Source of the DNA: Vicinamibacterales bacterium
Lineage (GTDB): Bacteria; Acidobacteriota; Vicinamibacteria; Vicinamibacterales; UBA8438
Length of the DNA stretch: 64,000 nt
Assembly (NCBI GenBank): GCA_965218825.1
Contig: OZ244656.1
Coordinates: 3,805,038-3,869,037, forward strand
Direction: 5' to 3'
Part shown: piece by piece, positions 56,689 through 64,000 of the stretch
How positions within the stretch are numbered: position 1 is the first letter of the stretch
How the letters are laid out: each line of letters starts with the position of its first letter
Made by a program: the position numbers and the translations under genes
Notes under the pieces: generated by a model
The model's input: the letters and a program-made list of their open reading frames with translations, nothing else
The model's database searches: none
Told to the model about the DNA's origin: nothing

Positions 56689-57943
56689 TGGGCGACGCTG
56701 TCGCTCCGGCGGACGGAGGCGTTCGACAGACGGCAACGTAGCGTCGGCCGTTCGTATTGGGATCGGAGTTGTCGGACGTCGATAGATAGACGGCCGGACC
56801 CCAGTGAGAGTAGCGACCGTCCCCTCGCTCCCAGATTTCTTTGTGCGGCGTGTGGGCGGGGCCAAGCAGGCGCCCGTCCTCTAACAGCAGCGTCGGTACG
56901 TCTTGGTTGATCTCGGTGTCTCCCAACGGCACGTCCGCCGGAAGCCGATACGTCCAGCAATGACCCCGCTCATGCCGGTAGGGCCCGGGTAGCTCGCGGA
57001 CATCCCACTCGCCTTCTCTGGTCACCAGGTCAATCAGGATGTCAGTCGCGTGACGGTATTGAGGCGCCATGAACTTCCGCGCTCGAACCTCGGCGAGTTC
57101 CTGATAGGCCTCGATCCCGGTGTATGGGATGTAGCTTGGCTCACGTGAGACACCCGTGGCCTCCATCCGCCATCCGGCCAACAACATGTACTGCTCGCAG
57201 TGCAGCGGATCCGGGTTATGGCGTCGGATCAGGTCGCGCCATGGTCCATACGAGTTGAGCGCGATCTCAAAGCCAGCAGCCTTCAACGTCACCAGGAGCG
57301 CGGCCAGCCCTTGGTACCGCTCTTGGCCCGTGATGTGGATCTCAACGAGGACGTTCTTCACCCGATCGAGACGATTACCCAGGTGGGGCACGAGGTCGAA
57401 CTCCGCACCCTCTACGTCGAGCTTGAGCAAATCGATGTCCTGGTCGAGATACGCGGCTAAGTCAACGGTCCGAACTGACGTAGACGCCGGCGGGATCGCC
57501 GCGCACGTGGCCGCGAGACGCGAGCCGTCCTTTCGCTCGGTCACCCACGGGGCTTGGCCGGACGCCGTCCAGACCGCCGCGTCGACCACGACGACGTCAC
57601 CAGCACCGTTGCGCTCGAGGTTTCGGCGCAGCAGCGGTAGGAACACAGGATCCGGCTCGAAGGCGGTAATCTGAGCGCCTGGGTACTGACGCTTGTAGTG
57701 CAGCGTCGTGTATCCGATGTTCGCCCCGCAATCGAGAATTACGGGGTGGGTGTGATCGGCGATGAAGTCGTTCATTCGACGGAAGAGGATCTGATCCACG
57801 CAGGCGAGCAGGCTTTCCGGTGACGGGTACTCGAGGTCCCACCCGAGGGCTGTCACGCGTCCGGGGCCATCGGCTTGACTCGACACCAGCGAGTGCAGCC
57901 GTCGATGTTCCTCGAACAAGCGTTGGTGTGTGAATTCGTCCAT
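56660..57943 (-). CDS. FkbM-family methyltransferase with a conserved uncharacterised C-terminal module
   Basis: FkbM motif ILDCGANIGYTTLHYKRQYPGAQITAFEPDP and LKLDVEGAE. The C-terminal module contains GRYSHWGPAVYLSTSDNSDPNTNGRRY. The 3' end overlaps the convergent PQQ gene by 29 nt. Confidence 0.8.
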   Translation of the reverse strand: MDEFTHQRLFEEHRRLHSLVSSQADGPGRVTALGWDLEYPSPESLLACVDQILFRRMNDFIADHTHPVILDCGANIGYTTLHYKRQYPGAQITAFEPDPVFLPLLRRNLERNGAGDVVVVDAAVWTASGQAPWVTERKDGSRLAATCAAIPPASTSVRTVDLAAYLDQDIDLLKLDVEGAEFDLVPHLGNRLDRVKNVLVEIHITGQERYQGLAALLVTLKAAGFEIALNSYGPWRDLIRRHNPDPLHCEQYMLLAGWRMEATGVSREPSYIPYTGIEAYQELAEVRARKFMAPQYRHATDILIDLVTREGEWDVRELPGPYRHERGHCWTYRLPADVPLGDTEINQDVPTLLLEDGRLLGPAHTPHKEIWERGDGRYSHWGPAVYLSTSDNSDPNTNGRRYVAVCRTPPSAGATASPISLGAQTPR

Positions 57944-57955
57944 GCGCGCGGATAG

Positions 57956-59188
57956 CTATTTGGCGAACCCGATTCGATAGGTTCGCTGATTCGTGTTCGG
58001 ATTTGAGTTGTCCGACGTCGACAGGATCAACCGGTCCTTCCAATGAGAGTACGCACCCCGGCCTCGCGCGCGGATCTCGTCGTGCGCGGCGTGCCTCAAC
58101 CACAACGGTTCGTCATCTTCGAGCACGATGAGTCGCGACCGATGCGGCGACTCGAGGTCGTCAGCCCTCCCTGCAAGCCTGGTCAGTTTCACCTGCCAGG
58201 CAAAGCCGACCTCCGGCTCGAACGGGTCGGCGATCGGCTCGAGACTGCCGGGATCGAGCGCCACCGGATCGGGTACGCGAGTCCCTTGGTCGTCGAACGT
58301 CGGCCGCGCGAACTCCCGCTTCACGCCATACACGTGGTAGGCGACCGGTTCCGGCTCTGACGCGTTCAGCGTCGCGACGCTACCGAATCCCTCGCGGCGG
58401 AACCACTCATGGACCGTTCCCTCCTCGATGACCCAATTGTAGAAGGGGTTGAGCATGTCCATGTAGTTGATGGCGTTGGCTGAATCCTCGGCAATCGCGT
58501 AGACGTACTGCAGTCGTTCATCCGCTGTCGCGAGTTGCCGATGATAGGTCAAGCGGTGGCGGAGCACGTCTGGGCTGTTGTGATAAGTCGGCGCATAGAC
58601 CATGACATACAGTCCCCCTCCGGGTCGGACTGTGCGCGCTGCATTCTCGAACGCAGCGGCCGGATCGTGTGTCGACATGGCCACGCCCCAGAGCAAGGCG
58701 AAATCGAATCGATCGTGGAGGTCGGTCCGCTCGGCGATGTCGAACAAGCTCACACGCTCGACGTCCTTGTTGAAGCGTCGGACCGAGGCGAGCGCGTGGT
58801 CGGACACGTCGATCGATTTGACGTCTCCCCCGAGCGCCTGCAACGCTCTCGTCCATCGGCCGGCCCCACAGGCAATGTCGAGGCATCGCTTGCCTTGGAA
58901 GTAGTCCGCGCGAAAACGCAGGTCGAGTTTCTGTCGCCCGCCCACGTTCCTTGCCGCCGGCGCGTCGCCCGTGACGAGCACGCCACGCTGTCCGGTCAGG
59001 TCGTAAATGCGATCGTCGATCCAGGCGTCGTCGGTCTCGACGCCGGTGTGGGTCGTGAACCCGGGCTGCTTCTCGAGAAAGAGTCGCCACTGGGCGTCGA
59101 ACTGCGTGCTGTAGTCGATAGGGCCGTACTGTCCCCTGTAGCTGTCTTTCCAGATGACGCGACCGTGATCGAAGTGGGGATTCGTCAC
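57956..59188 (-). CDS. Class I SAM-dependent methyltransferase with the same C-terminal module
   Basis: Motif I CLDIACGAGRWTRAL, post-I KSIDVS, GGGLYVMVY. The C-terminal module contains GAYSHWKDRLILSTSDNSNPNTNQRTY. The GTG start overlaps the upstream stop (GTGA). Confidence 0.8.
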   Translation of the reverse strand: MTNPHFDHGRVIWKDSYRGQYGPIDYSTQFDAQWRLFLEKQPGFTTHTGVETDDAWIDDRIYDLTGQRGVLVTGDAPAARNVGGRQKLDLRFRADYFQGKRCLDIACGAGRWTRALQALGGDVKSIDVSDHALASVRRFNKDVERVSLFDIAERTDLHDRFDFALLWGVAMSTHDPAAAFENAARTVRPGGGLYVMVYAPTYHNSPDVLRHRLTYHRQLATADERLQYVYAIAEDSANAINYMDMLNPFYNWVIEEGTVHEWFRREGFGSVATLNASEPEPVAYHVYGVKREFARPTFDDQGTRVPDPVALDPGSLEPIADPFEPEVGFAWQVKLTRLAGRADDLESPHRSRLIVLEDDEPLWLRHAAHDEIRARGRGAYSHWKDRLILSTSDNSNPNTNQRTYRIGFAK

Positions 59189-60222
59189 GCGGCTGCTCCG
59201 ATTTGCCCGTGCGGCTCAGTCGCTGTCAGCGTCGTTGAGCGACACGGATTGGTTGCGCAGGCCGTCACTCGGTAGCGGCGGCCGTTCTGGTTCGGATTGG
59301 TGTTGTCGCTTGTCGAGAACATCACGATGTCGTTCCAGTGTGAAAAGCGTCCGCCTCCGAGGTGACGGATGTCGTCGTGTGCCGCATGGGGACCGGCGAG
59401 CCGTGCGCCGTCCTCGGTCACCTGCAACATCGAGCGCTGCGGGTGCCCGGCATTGTCGGCGAAGCGTGACGCGTCAGGCACCGACGCTGTCCAGGCGAAC
59501 CCGGTATCGTGCGCGAATGGTGGTGTGAGTGACCGTCCGAGGCCTTCGTCCAGACCCAGCACGGTTGGGCCTCGGTCGGAAGCCGGCTCGTCGTTCGGGG
59601 CGAAGCCGTAGGACTCGAATGCATCACGTTCGGCATCCTCGAGTTCGTGACGCAGCGTTGACGCGAGATCCACGTTCGCACCTGCGCTGACGTTGACGCG
59701 CGAGCGGCGTCGAAGACCGACGACATCGACCTCGATGTGTAGCAGCCTCATCACCGCGAAGAGGTCCCCGGCGAGTTGCTCCTGGTGTCCGACGAAGTGG
59801 GCATCGACCGTGTAGTAGCGATACATACGGGCCAGGAAGCCGGGCCGTTGGCGCAACACGTTCTTGATAAACCCGTGAAAGGTCGAGGCTCGCAACCCGT
59901 TCAATTCGACAGACGGATTCCAGGCGTCGTCGTCCGTATCCCACCCCGGCCAACCGCGCTCGACGTTCATCCGGTACCAGGACTCGTACCAACGCAGGGG
60001 ATGCCGGACAAAGCAGAACCTGAACGGCATCCGGTTCGGGCGAGCGTACCGGGAGGGCGTCTCGAGCAGTCGCTCGAGCGGTGCAAGCTGTGGCGGACCC
60101 GCATGTTTGCCTGCCACGTGTGCAAACACGAGGTCGTGAGCCTCGAGGACTTCCGTGACCCAGTTGCCGCCGGTCTTGGGAACGTGGAGGAAGAGTCCGC
60201 CAGACTTGAGAAGAATCGCCAT
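59185..60222 (-). CDS. Sulfotransferase-family protein (Sulfotransfer_2-like) with the same C-terminal module
   Basis: The PAPS 5'-phosphosulfate-binding-like motif LFLHVPKTGGNW lies close to the N-terminus when the start is placed at ATG 60222, 2 nt after the upstream stop. The longest ORF start at 60321 would overlap the upstream gene by ~100 nt. The C-terminal module contains GRFSHWNDIVMFSTSDNTNPNQNGRRY. Confidence 0.75.
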   Translation of the reverse strand: MAILLKSGGLFLHVPKTGGNWVTEVLEAHDLVFAHVAGKHAGPPQLAPLERLLETPSRYARPNRMPFRFCFVRHPLRWYESWYRMNVERGWPGWDTDDDAWNPSVELNGLRASTFHGFIKNVLRQRPGFLARMYRYYTVDAHFVGHQEQLAGDLFAVMRLLHIEVDVVGLRRRSRVNVSAGANVDLASTLRHELEDAERDAFESYGFAPNDEPASDRGPTVLGLDEGLGRSLTPPFAHDTGFAWTASVPDASRFADNAGHPQRSMLQVTEDGARLAGPHAAHDDIRHLGGGRFSHWNDIVMFSTSDNTNPNQNGRRYRVTACATNPCRSTTLTATEPHGQIGAAA

Positions 60223-60224
60223 TG

Positions 60225-60737
60225 CTAGTACGAACTCCCCAACCGATGTCTCCGACTGCCAGCCAGCGCACCAGGCAGGAAGAGCAGAAGTCCGAGGACG
60301 GCGAGAACGCCGCACGAACACAACGCGCGGTGCAACTCGCGCGCGACCTGCGTCGCGGTACGGCGGGACACGATGGTCCCGTCAGGGGTGACGGCTTCGA
60401 AACCGCCGGGGGCGACCAGGAGCGCGGTCCGGTCGACGTTGGACTGACCGGTGCCGGTACGGTCGGGCCACAGAACCGAGACCCGGTCGAAACGCTGCCT
60501 CCACAAGCGGAGGGCGAGGCCACTCCGCACAAGTTCCATCGGCCCGAACCGAGGAGCGACATCGTAGCTGAGGCATCGCTCCACGCGGTCGTCCGGCTCC
60601 ACGACCTTCCGATCGGTGCCGCGTGTTACGAGTACCGTCACTCGGCAGCCGGGAGACACCATCGTCAACGCATCGAGCGCGACACCGAGGTGACGTCCGG
60701 ACCGGATCAACAGGACACGTTCACGCCGCGCGAGCAT
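60225..60737 (-). CDS. Hypothetical protein with a C-terminal TM helix
   Basis: It lies inside the operon. The start is placed at MLARRERVLLIRSG (60737), overlapping the asnB stop by 17 nt. The C-terminal hydrophobic segment is CSCGVLAVLGLLLFLPGALAG. No family recognised. Confidence 0.45.
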   Translation of the reverse strand: MLARRERVLLIRSGRHLGVALDALTMVSPGCRVTVLVTRGTDRKVVEPDDRVERCLSYDVAPRFGPMELVRSGLALRLWRQRFDRVSVLWPDRTGTGQSNVDRTALLVAPGGFEAVTPDGTIVSRRTATQVARELHRALCSCGVLAVLGLLLFLPGALAGSRRHRLGSSY

Positions 60738-62646
60738 ACGCCCCCTCTCCGGATGCATCGAGTACGTCGGTTGCCCAGCTCTCGAGGATGAACAGCGTCC
60801 AAACCTTCCGCCAGACCGTATCGTCGCCCGCATAGAACCGCTCGACGAGCGTCTCGGTCGCGTTCACGTCGAACGCTCCACGACGTCTGACGCGCAGAGG
60901 GCTGAGCAGGTCCAGGATGTGATCTCTGAGCGTCCGTCGCATCCACGTGTTGTAGGGCAGCCCAAATCCCATCTTGCGCCTGAACAGAATCTCATCCGGC
61001 AGCAGATCTCGAAGCGCATGTTTCAAGATCCATTTGCCCGTGCCGTTGCGATACTTCATGTGCCATGGAACCCGGGCCACGTCGGCCGCGAATTCCAGAT
61101 CCAGGAAGGGCACTCGAACCTCGAGTGAGTGGGCCATCGACATAGCATCGATGTCTCGCAGCAGCACGTACGACAGATAGCCTCGCTGCTCGAGGCGGGA
61201 GATCCAATCGCCGGGTCGCGCGAGATCGGCGGGAACGTCGGTTCGGAGGAAGGAGGCCGAAGGCGCGAATCCTCCGTTGCGGGCCAAGAGGTCAGCCGAG
61301 ACCGCTGTCCGCGCCTCGGACTCGTCGAAGATACCGATGATGTGAGGAGAGACGAACTCGCGGTCGAGACACGCGAACGTTCGCGCCGCCGTTCGCAATC
61401 GTTCGGCGCGGTCCCACATCGGCGCGTCTCGGTCGACGAGACGATCCAGCCATCCGACAACGCGACGAACGTAGCCGGCGGGTAGTGAACGAAGCACACC
61501 AGCGGTTGCTGCATGGTCGAGGAGATGTGCGTCGCGGTCGTACCCCAGGAACAACTCGTCGCCCCCGGTGCCCGACAACGCCACCGTCACGTGCTCGGAC
61601 GCGGCGTGCGACACCCAGTAGGAGTTGATACCGTCGGAGGTCGGTTGGTCCATCGCCCAAACTGCATGCGGTAACGCCTCACGAAACATGTCCTCCGTCA
61701 GCACGAGCTCATGGTGGTCGGTCTCGTAGCGCTCCGCCACGATTCGTGCCCAGGGCCATTCGCTCAACACCGCCTCGTCCGGCCCCACGAACCCGACCGA
61801 AAAGGTCTTGAGCGGTCGAGCGCTATGACGCGACGCCAACGCGACGAGGGCGCTCGAATCGACGCCGCCCGACAGGAACACACCCAGGGGCCGCTCGCTC
61901 ATCATCTGACGACGGACCGCAGCCTCGAGGCCGTCACGCACGATCTCGGTGGCTTCGTCAACCGATGTCACCGCGTGGCGGTCCTCTCTCGGCGGCGTCC
62001 AGTAGGTGCGCTGGGTCGTTTCGCGCGCGGTGTGTTGCAGCAGCCGTCCCGGCTCGAGCTGGTGAACGCCGGCCACCATCGACAACGGTGCCGGGACGGC
62101 CTGGTATTGGAGGTACTGGCCGACCGCTTCAGGCTCGAGTTCACGGGCCACCCGCCCGCTCGCAAGGATCGCCTTGAGCTCAGACGCAAAAAGGAACGTG
62201 TCATGTTGGACCGTCCAGTAGAGAGGCTTCACCCCATGCGGGTCTCTGGCGAGGAGCAGTCGCTCGGCCCTTTGGTCCCACAATGCGAACGCGAAAATGC
62301 CATTGAGGTCGTCCACGGCTCGCGTTCCGCGCTCTTCGTATAAATGGACGATCACTTCGCCGTCGCTGCCGGTCCGGAACCGGTGACCGCGGCTCTCGAG
62401 ATCACGTCTAAGGTCTCGATGGTTGTAGATCTCTCCGTTGAAGATGAGTTGGACGGTCTGGTCCTCGTTCTCCAGTGGCTGGTGGCCGCCGGCCACATCG
62501 ATGATCGACAGCCGGCGGAATCCGAGCGCGACCGTGTCGTCGACGAAGAAGCCTGAATCGTCAGGGCCGCGATGGGTCATCGCGCTGGCCATGCGCTCCA
62601 CGATCCCTCGGTCGGGCTCACCGAACGTGCCACAGATGCCACACAT
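60721..62646 (-). CDS. asnB: Asparagine synthase (glutamine-hydrolysing), AsnB family
   Basis: Ntn amidotransferase start MCGICG (ATG 62646, 8 nt after the upstream stop). RGPD, LIFNGEIYN. Synthetase PP-loop FLSGGVDSS. Confidence 0.9.
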   Translation of the reverse strand: MCGICGTFGEPDRGIVERMASAMTHRGPDDSGFFVDDTVALGFRRLSIIDVAGGHQPLENEDQTVQLIFNGEIYNHRDLRRDLESRGHRFRTGSDGEVIVHLYEERGTRAVDDLNGIFAFALWDQRAERLLLARDPHGVKPLYWTVQHDTFLFASELKAILASGRVARELEPEAVGQYLQYQAVPAPLSMVAGVHQLEPGRLLQHTARETTQRTYWTPPREDRHAVTSVDEATEIVRDGLEAAVRRQMMSERPLGVFLSGGVDSSALVALASRHSARPLKTFSVGFVGPDEAVLSEWPWARIVAERYETDHHELVLTEDMFREALPHAVWAMDQPTSDGINSYWVSHAASEHVTVALSGTGGDELFLGYDRDAHLLDHAATAGVLRSLPAGYVRRVVGWLDRLVDRDAPMWDRAERLRTAARTFACLDREFVSPHIIGIFDESEARTAVSADLLARNGGFAPSASFLRTDVPADLARPGDWISRLEQRGYLSYVLLRDIDAMSMAHSLEVRVPFLDLEFAADVARVPWHMKYRNGTGKWILKHALRDLLPDEILFRRKMGFGLPYNTWMRRTLRDHILDLLSPLRVRRRGAFDVNATETLVERFYAGDDTVWRKVWTLFILESWATDVLDASGEGAYARAA

Positions 62647-62653
62647 GGCAGTA

Positions 62654-63982
62654 CTAGGCTGCCGTCGCCCGAATGAGGGGCAGGGCGGTGTTGGTGACGA
62701 ACTCGAGCGTCCCGAAATCGCGCTTTGCGACAAGGCCGGCGGCGAGCAGTTGTTCGGAAATCGCGGCACGTCCCGGCAGCGATGCCACGATTACGAAGTC
62801 GTAGTCGCCCCGGTCGAGTTGGTCGAAGCGCTGAACGGTATGGTCGGCGAACACGGTCCCCAGCTTCGCGGGGGAGTTGTCGCACACGGCAACAACGCGA
62901 TCGGCAAGGTCGAGGGACTGAAGCTGGCGAATGGTCGCCAGTCCCGCCGCGCCCGCGCCAAAGACCACGAACCGTGTCGTGTCAGCCGCCGGTAGGACAG
63001 ACTGCAGCACAGGAAGTGTCTGAGCGTCGTTCCGGCGGCCGCGAACGGATGTCGGGAAATCTAACAACTCCAGACCACGAAGACCAGCCTCAGAGAACCA
63101 GCGAATGACCCGTGCCGGCGAGCAGCCCTTGTCTTGAAAGCGGGGCGTATACCAATCGAACGTGTCCAGCACGCGCCAGCGAAAGTCGGGATGCGTGTTA
63201 ACTGGCAGCACGCGTGGGACGTGCCAGAACGGTGCACGTCGCATCAGCCGACTCTTGTACAGCCGTGAGAACAACACCACCAGCAGCCAGGACCACGCGT
63301 AGGCGATTCGCGTGGGGACGCGGCAGAAGATGGACCGCCAGTAGTCGGTAGCCAAGTTGTAGAGCTGATCGGTGTAGTAGTACAGCCAGACCGCGATGGT
63401 GCCGCCATCCTTGAGGTGTCGGGGCAGCTTCAGAAACGCGTCGCGGGTGTTCTTGGTGTGGTGCAGTACGCCAATCGAGAAGATGACATCGAACAAGTCA
63501 TCCTTGAGGGGGAGAGCGAACACGTCAGCTTGAATGATGTCGACATCACGCTGCCGACCCAAGGTCGTCTGCGCCGCCTCCACGGCAAAGGAGTAGTCGA
63601 TGCCGATGACTCGTCCACCCCACCGAGTCACGACATCGAAGAAACGTCCCGCACCGCAGCCGACGTCGAGTACCAGCTTGTCCCGCACGTCTTTGGGTCT
63701 GAGGCCAGTCTTTTCGATGAACGTGTCCTCGGACTCGGCACGGCCGTTGACGATGTCGAGTTGCACGTCGTTCCAGCGGTTCCACTCGTAGGAGAAGCTC
63801 TTCACGTAGCCGTCGGATTGGACGAAGCGAGGCACGCCACGGAGGATCGGATAGGACCGCCCACAGGAGTCGCAGCCGAGGCTGCCGGTTTCGACACCGC
63901 CGGCCTGTTCGGTCTCAACTTCAAGGGCGAGGTCTGCCCGACACGTCGGGCAGCACAAGTGTTCGACGAGGTCTTTCTTCAT
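62654..63982 (-). CDS. Fusion protein: Trm112-like zinc ribbon + class I SAM methyltransferase + C-terminal Rossmann-like domain
   Basis: N-terminus: LCCPTCRADL...CDSCGRSYPILRGVPRF. Methyltransferase motif I: LVLDVGCGAGRF. C-terminus: RFVVFGAGAAGLATIRQL (GxGxxG). GGAG RBS lies 8-11 nt upstream of the ATG. Confidence 0.8.
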   Translation of the reverse strand: MKKDLVEHLCCPTCRADLALEVETEQAGGVETGSLGCDSCGRSYPILRGVPRFVQSDGYVKSFSYEWNRWNDVQLDIVNGRAESEDTFIEKTGLRPKDVRDKLVLDVGCGAGRFFDVVTRWGGRVIGIDYSFAVEAAQTTLGRQRDVDIIQADVFALPLKDDLFDVIFSIGVLHHTKNTRDAFLKLPRHLKDGGTIAVWLYYYTDQLYNLATDYWRSIFCRVPTRIAYAWSWLLVVLFSRLYKSRLMRRAPFWHVPRVLPVNTHPDFRWRVLDTFDWYTPRFQDKGCSPARVIRWFSEAGLRGLELLDFPTSVRGRRNDAQTLPVLQSVLPAADTTRFVVFGAGAAGLATIRQLQSLDLADRVVAVCDNSPAKLGTVFADHTVQRFDQLDRGDYDFVIVASLPGRAAISEQLLAAGLVAKRDFGTLEFVTNTALPLIRATAA

Positions 63983-64000
63983 GCCTTGACTCCGATGGTC

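Noticed and set aside
60721-62646. The AsnB homologue as a lasso-peptide cyclase (RiPP cluster)
   Set aside because: The protein keeps a fully canonical glutamine-amidotransferase N-terminus (MCGICG, RGPD, FNGEIYN). No transglutaminase-like protease, PqqD-like RRE or short precursor ORF is evident nearby. The context fits glycan or lipid tailoring better.

Overview
High-GC bacterial chromosomal segment. The gene content points to Acidobacteriota or a similar soil or sediment lineage: tandem Acidobacterial-type VWA proteins, CRTAC1/ASPIC-UnbV lipoproteins, and many exported TPR and beta-propeller proteins. This lineage call is inference only. I support about 52 protein-coding genes. I saw no rRNA, tRNA or CRISPR array. 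Layout by coordinate: (i) 5-12781, plus strand: a truncated PQQ dehydrogenase, a putative outer-membrane protein, a lactonase-type propeller, a membrane-anchored five-heme cytochrome c/TPR fusion, two FG-GAP/ASPIC-UnbV lipoproteins and a nitrilase-superfamily enzyme. (ii) 12865-18975: envelope and lipid-type enzymes (PAP2_3/IPC-synthase-like, a membrane sulfatase-like protein, a beta-lactamase-fold hydrolase, an NHL propeller). (iii) 19026-26018: kefG-kefB, two tandem VWA paralogues and a sulfatase-like protein without a formylglycine motif. (iv) 26093-31591: DinB-like protein, 3D-domain protein and a MacAB/DevABC-like efflux operon. (v) 31588-35550: three intact IS elements (IS5-family, IS630-family, IS5/IS1182-like) stacked end to end at what reconstructs as a single CTAG. 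(vi) 35580-50502: TonB-dependent receptor, housekeeping and oxidoreductase genes, dut, an Sfp-type PPTase and an orphan groEL. (vii) 50847-56688: aceE-aceF followed by a PQQ alcohol dehydrogenase carrying the D-x-D lanthanide-type signature. (viii) 56660-64000, minus strand: a tailoring operon that continues past the window edge. It encodes a Zn-ribbon/methyltransferase/Rossmann fusion, AsnB, a small membrane-anchored orphan, a sulfotransferase, a class I methyltransferase and an FkbM methyltransferase. Most unusual observation: the last three enzymes have unrelated catalytic heads but share one unrecognised C-terminal module of about 70-90 aa (SHW...STSDNSxPNTNxRxY). Second candidate system: the cytochrome/TPR + CRTAC1-family + nitrilase operon. 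Many long ORFs in the six-frame track are antisense artefacts of high GC and are rejected.
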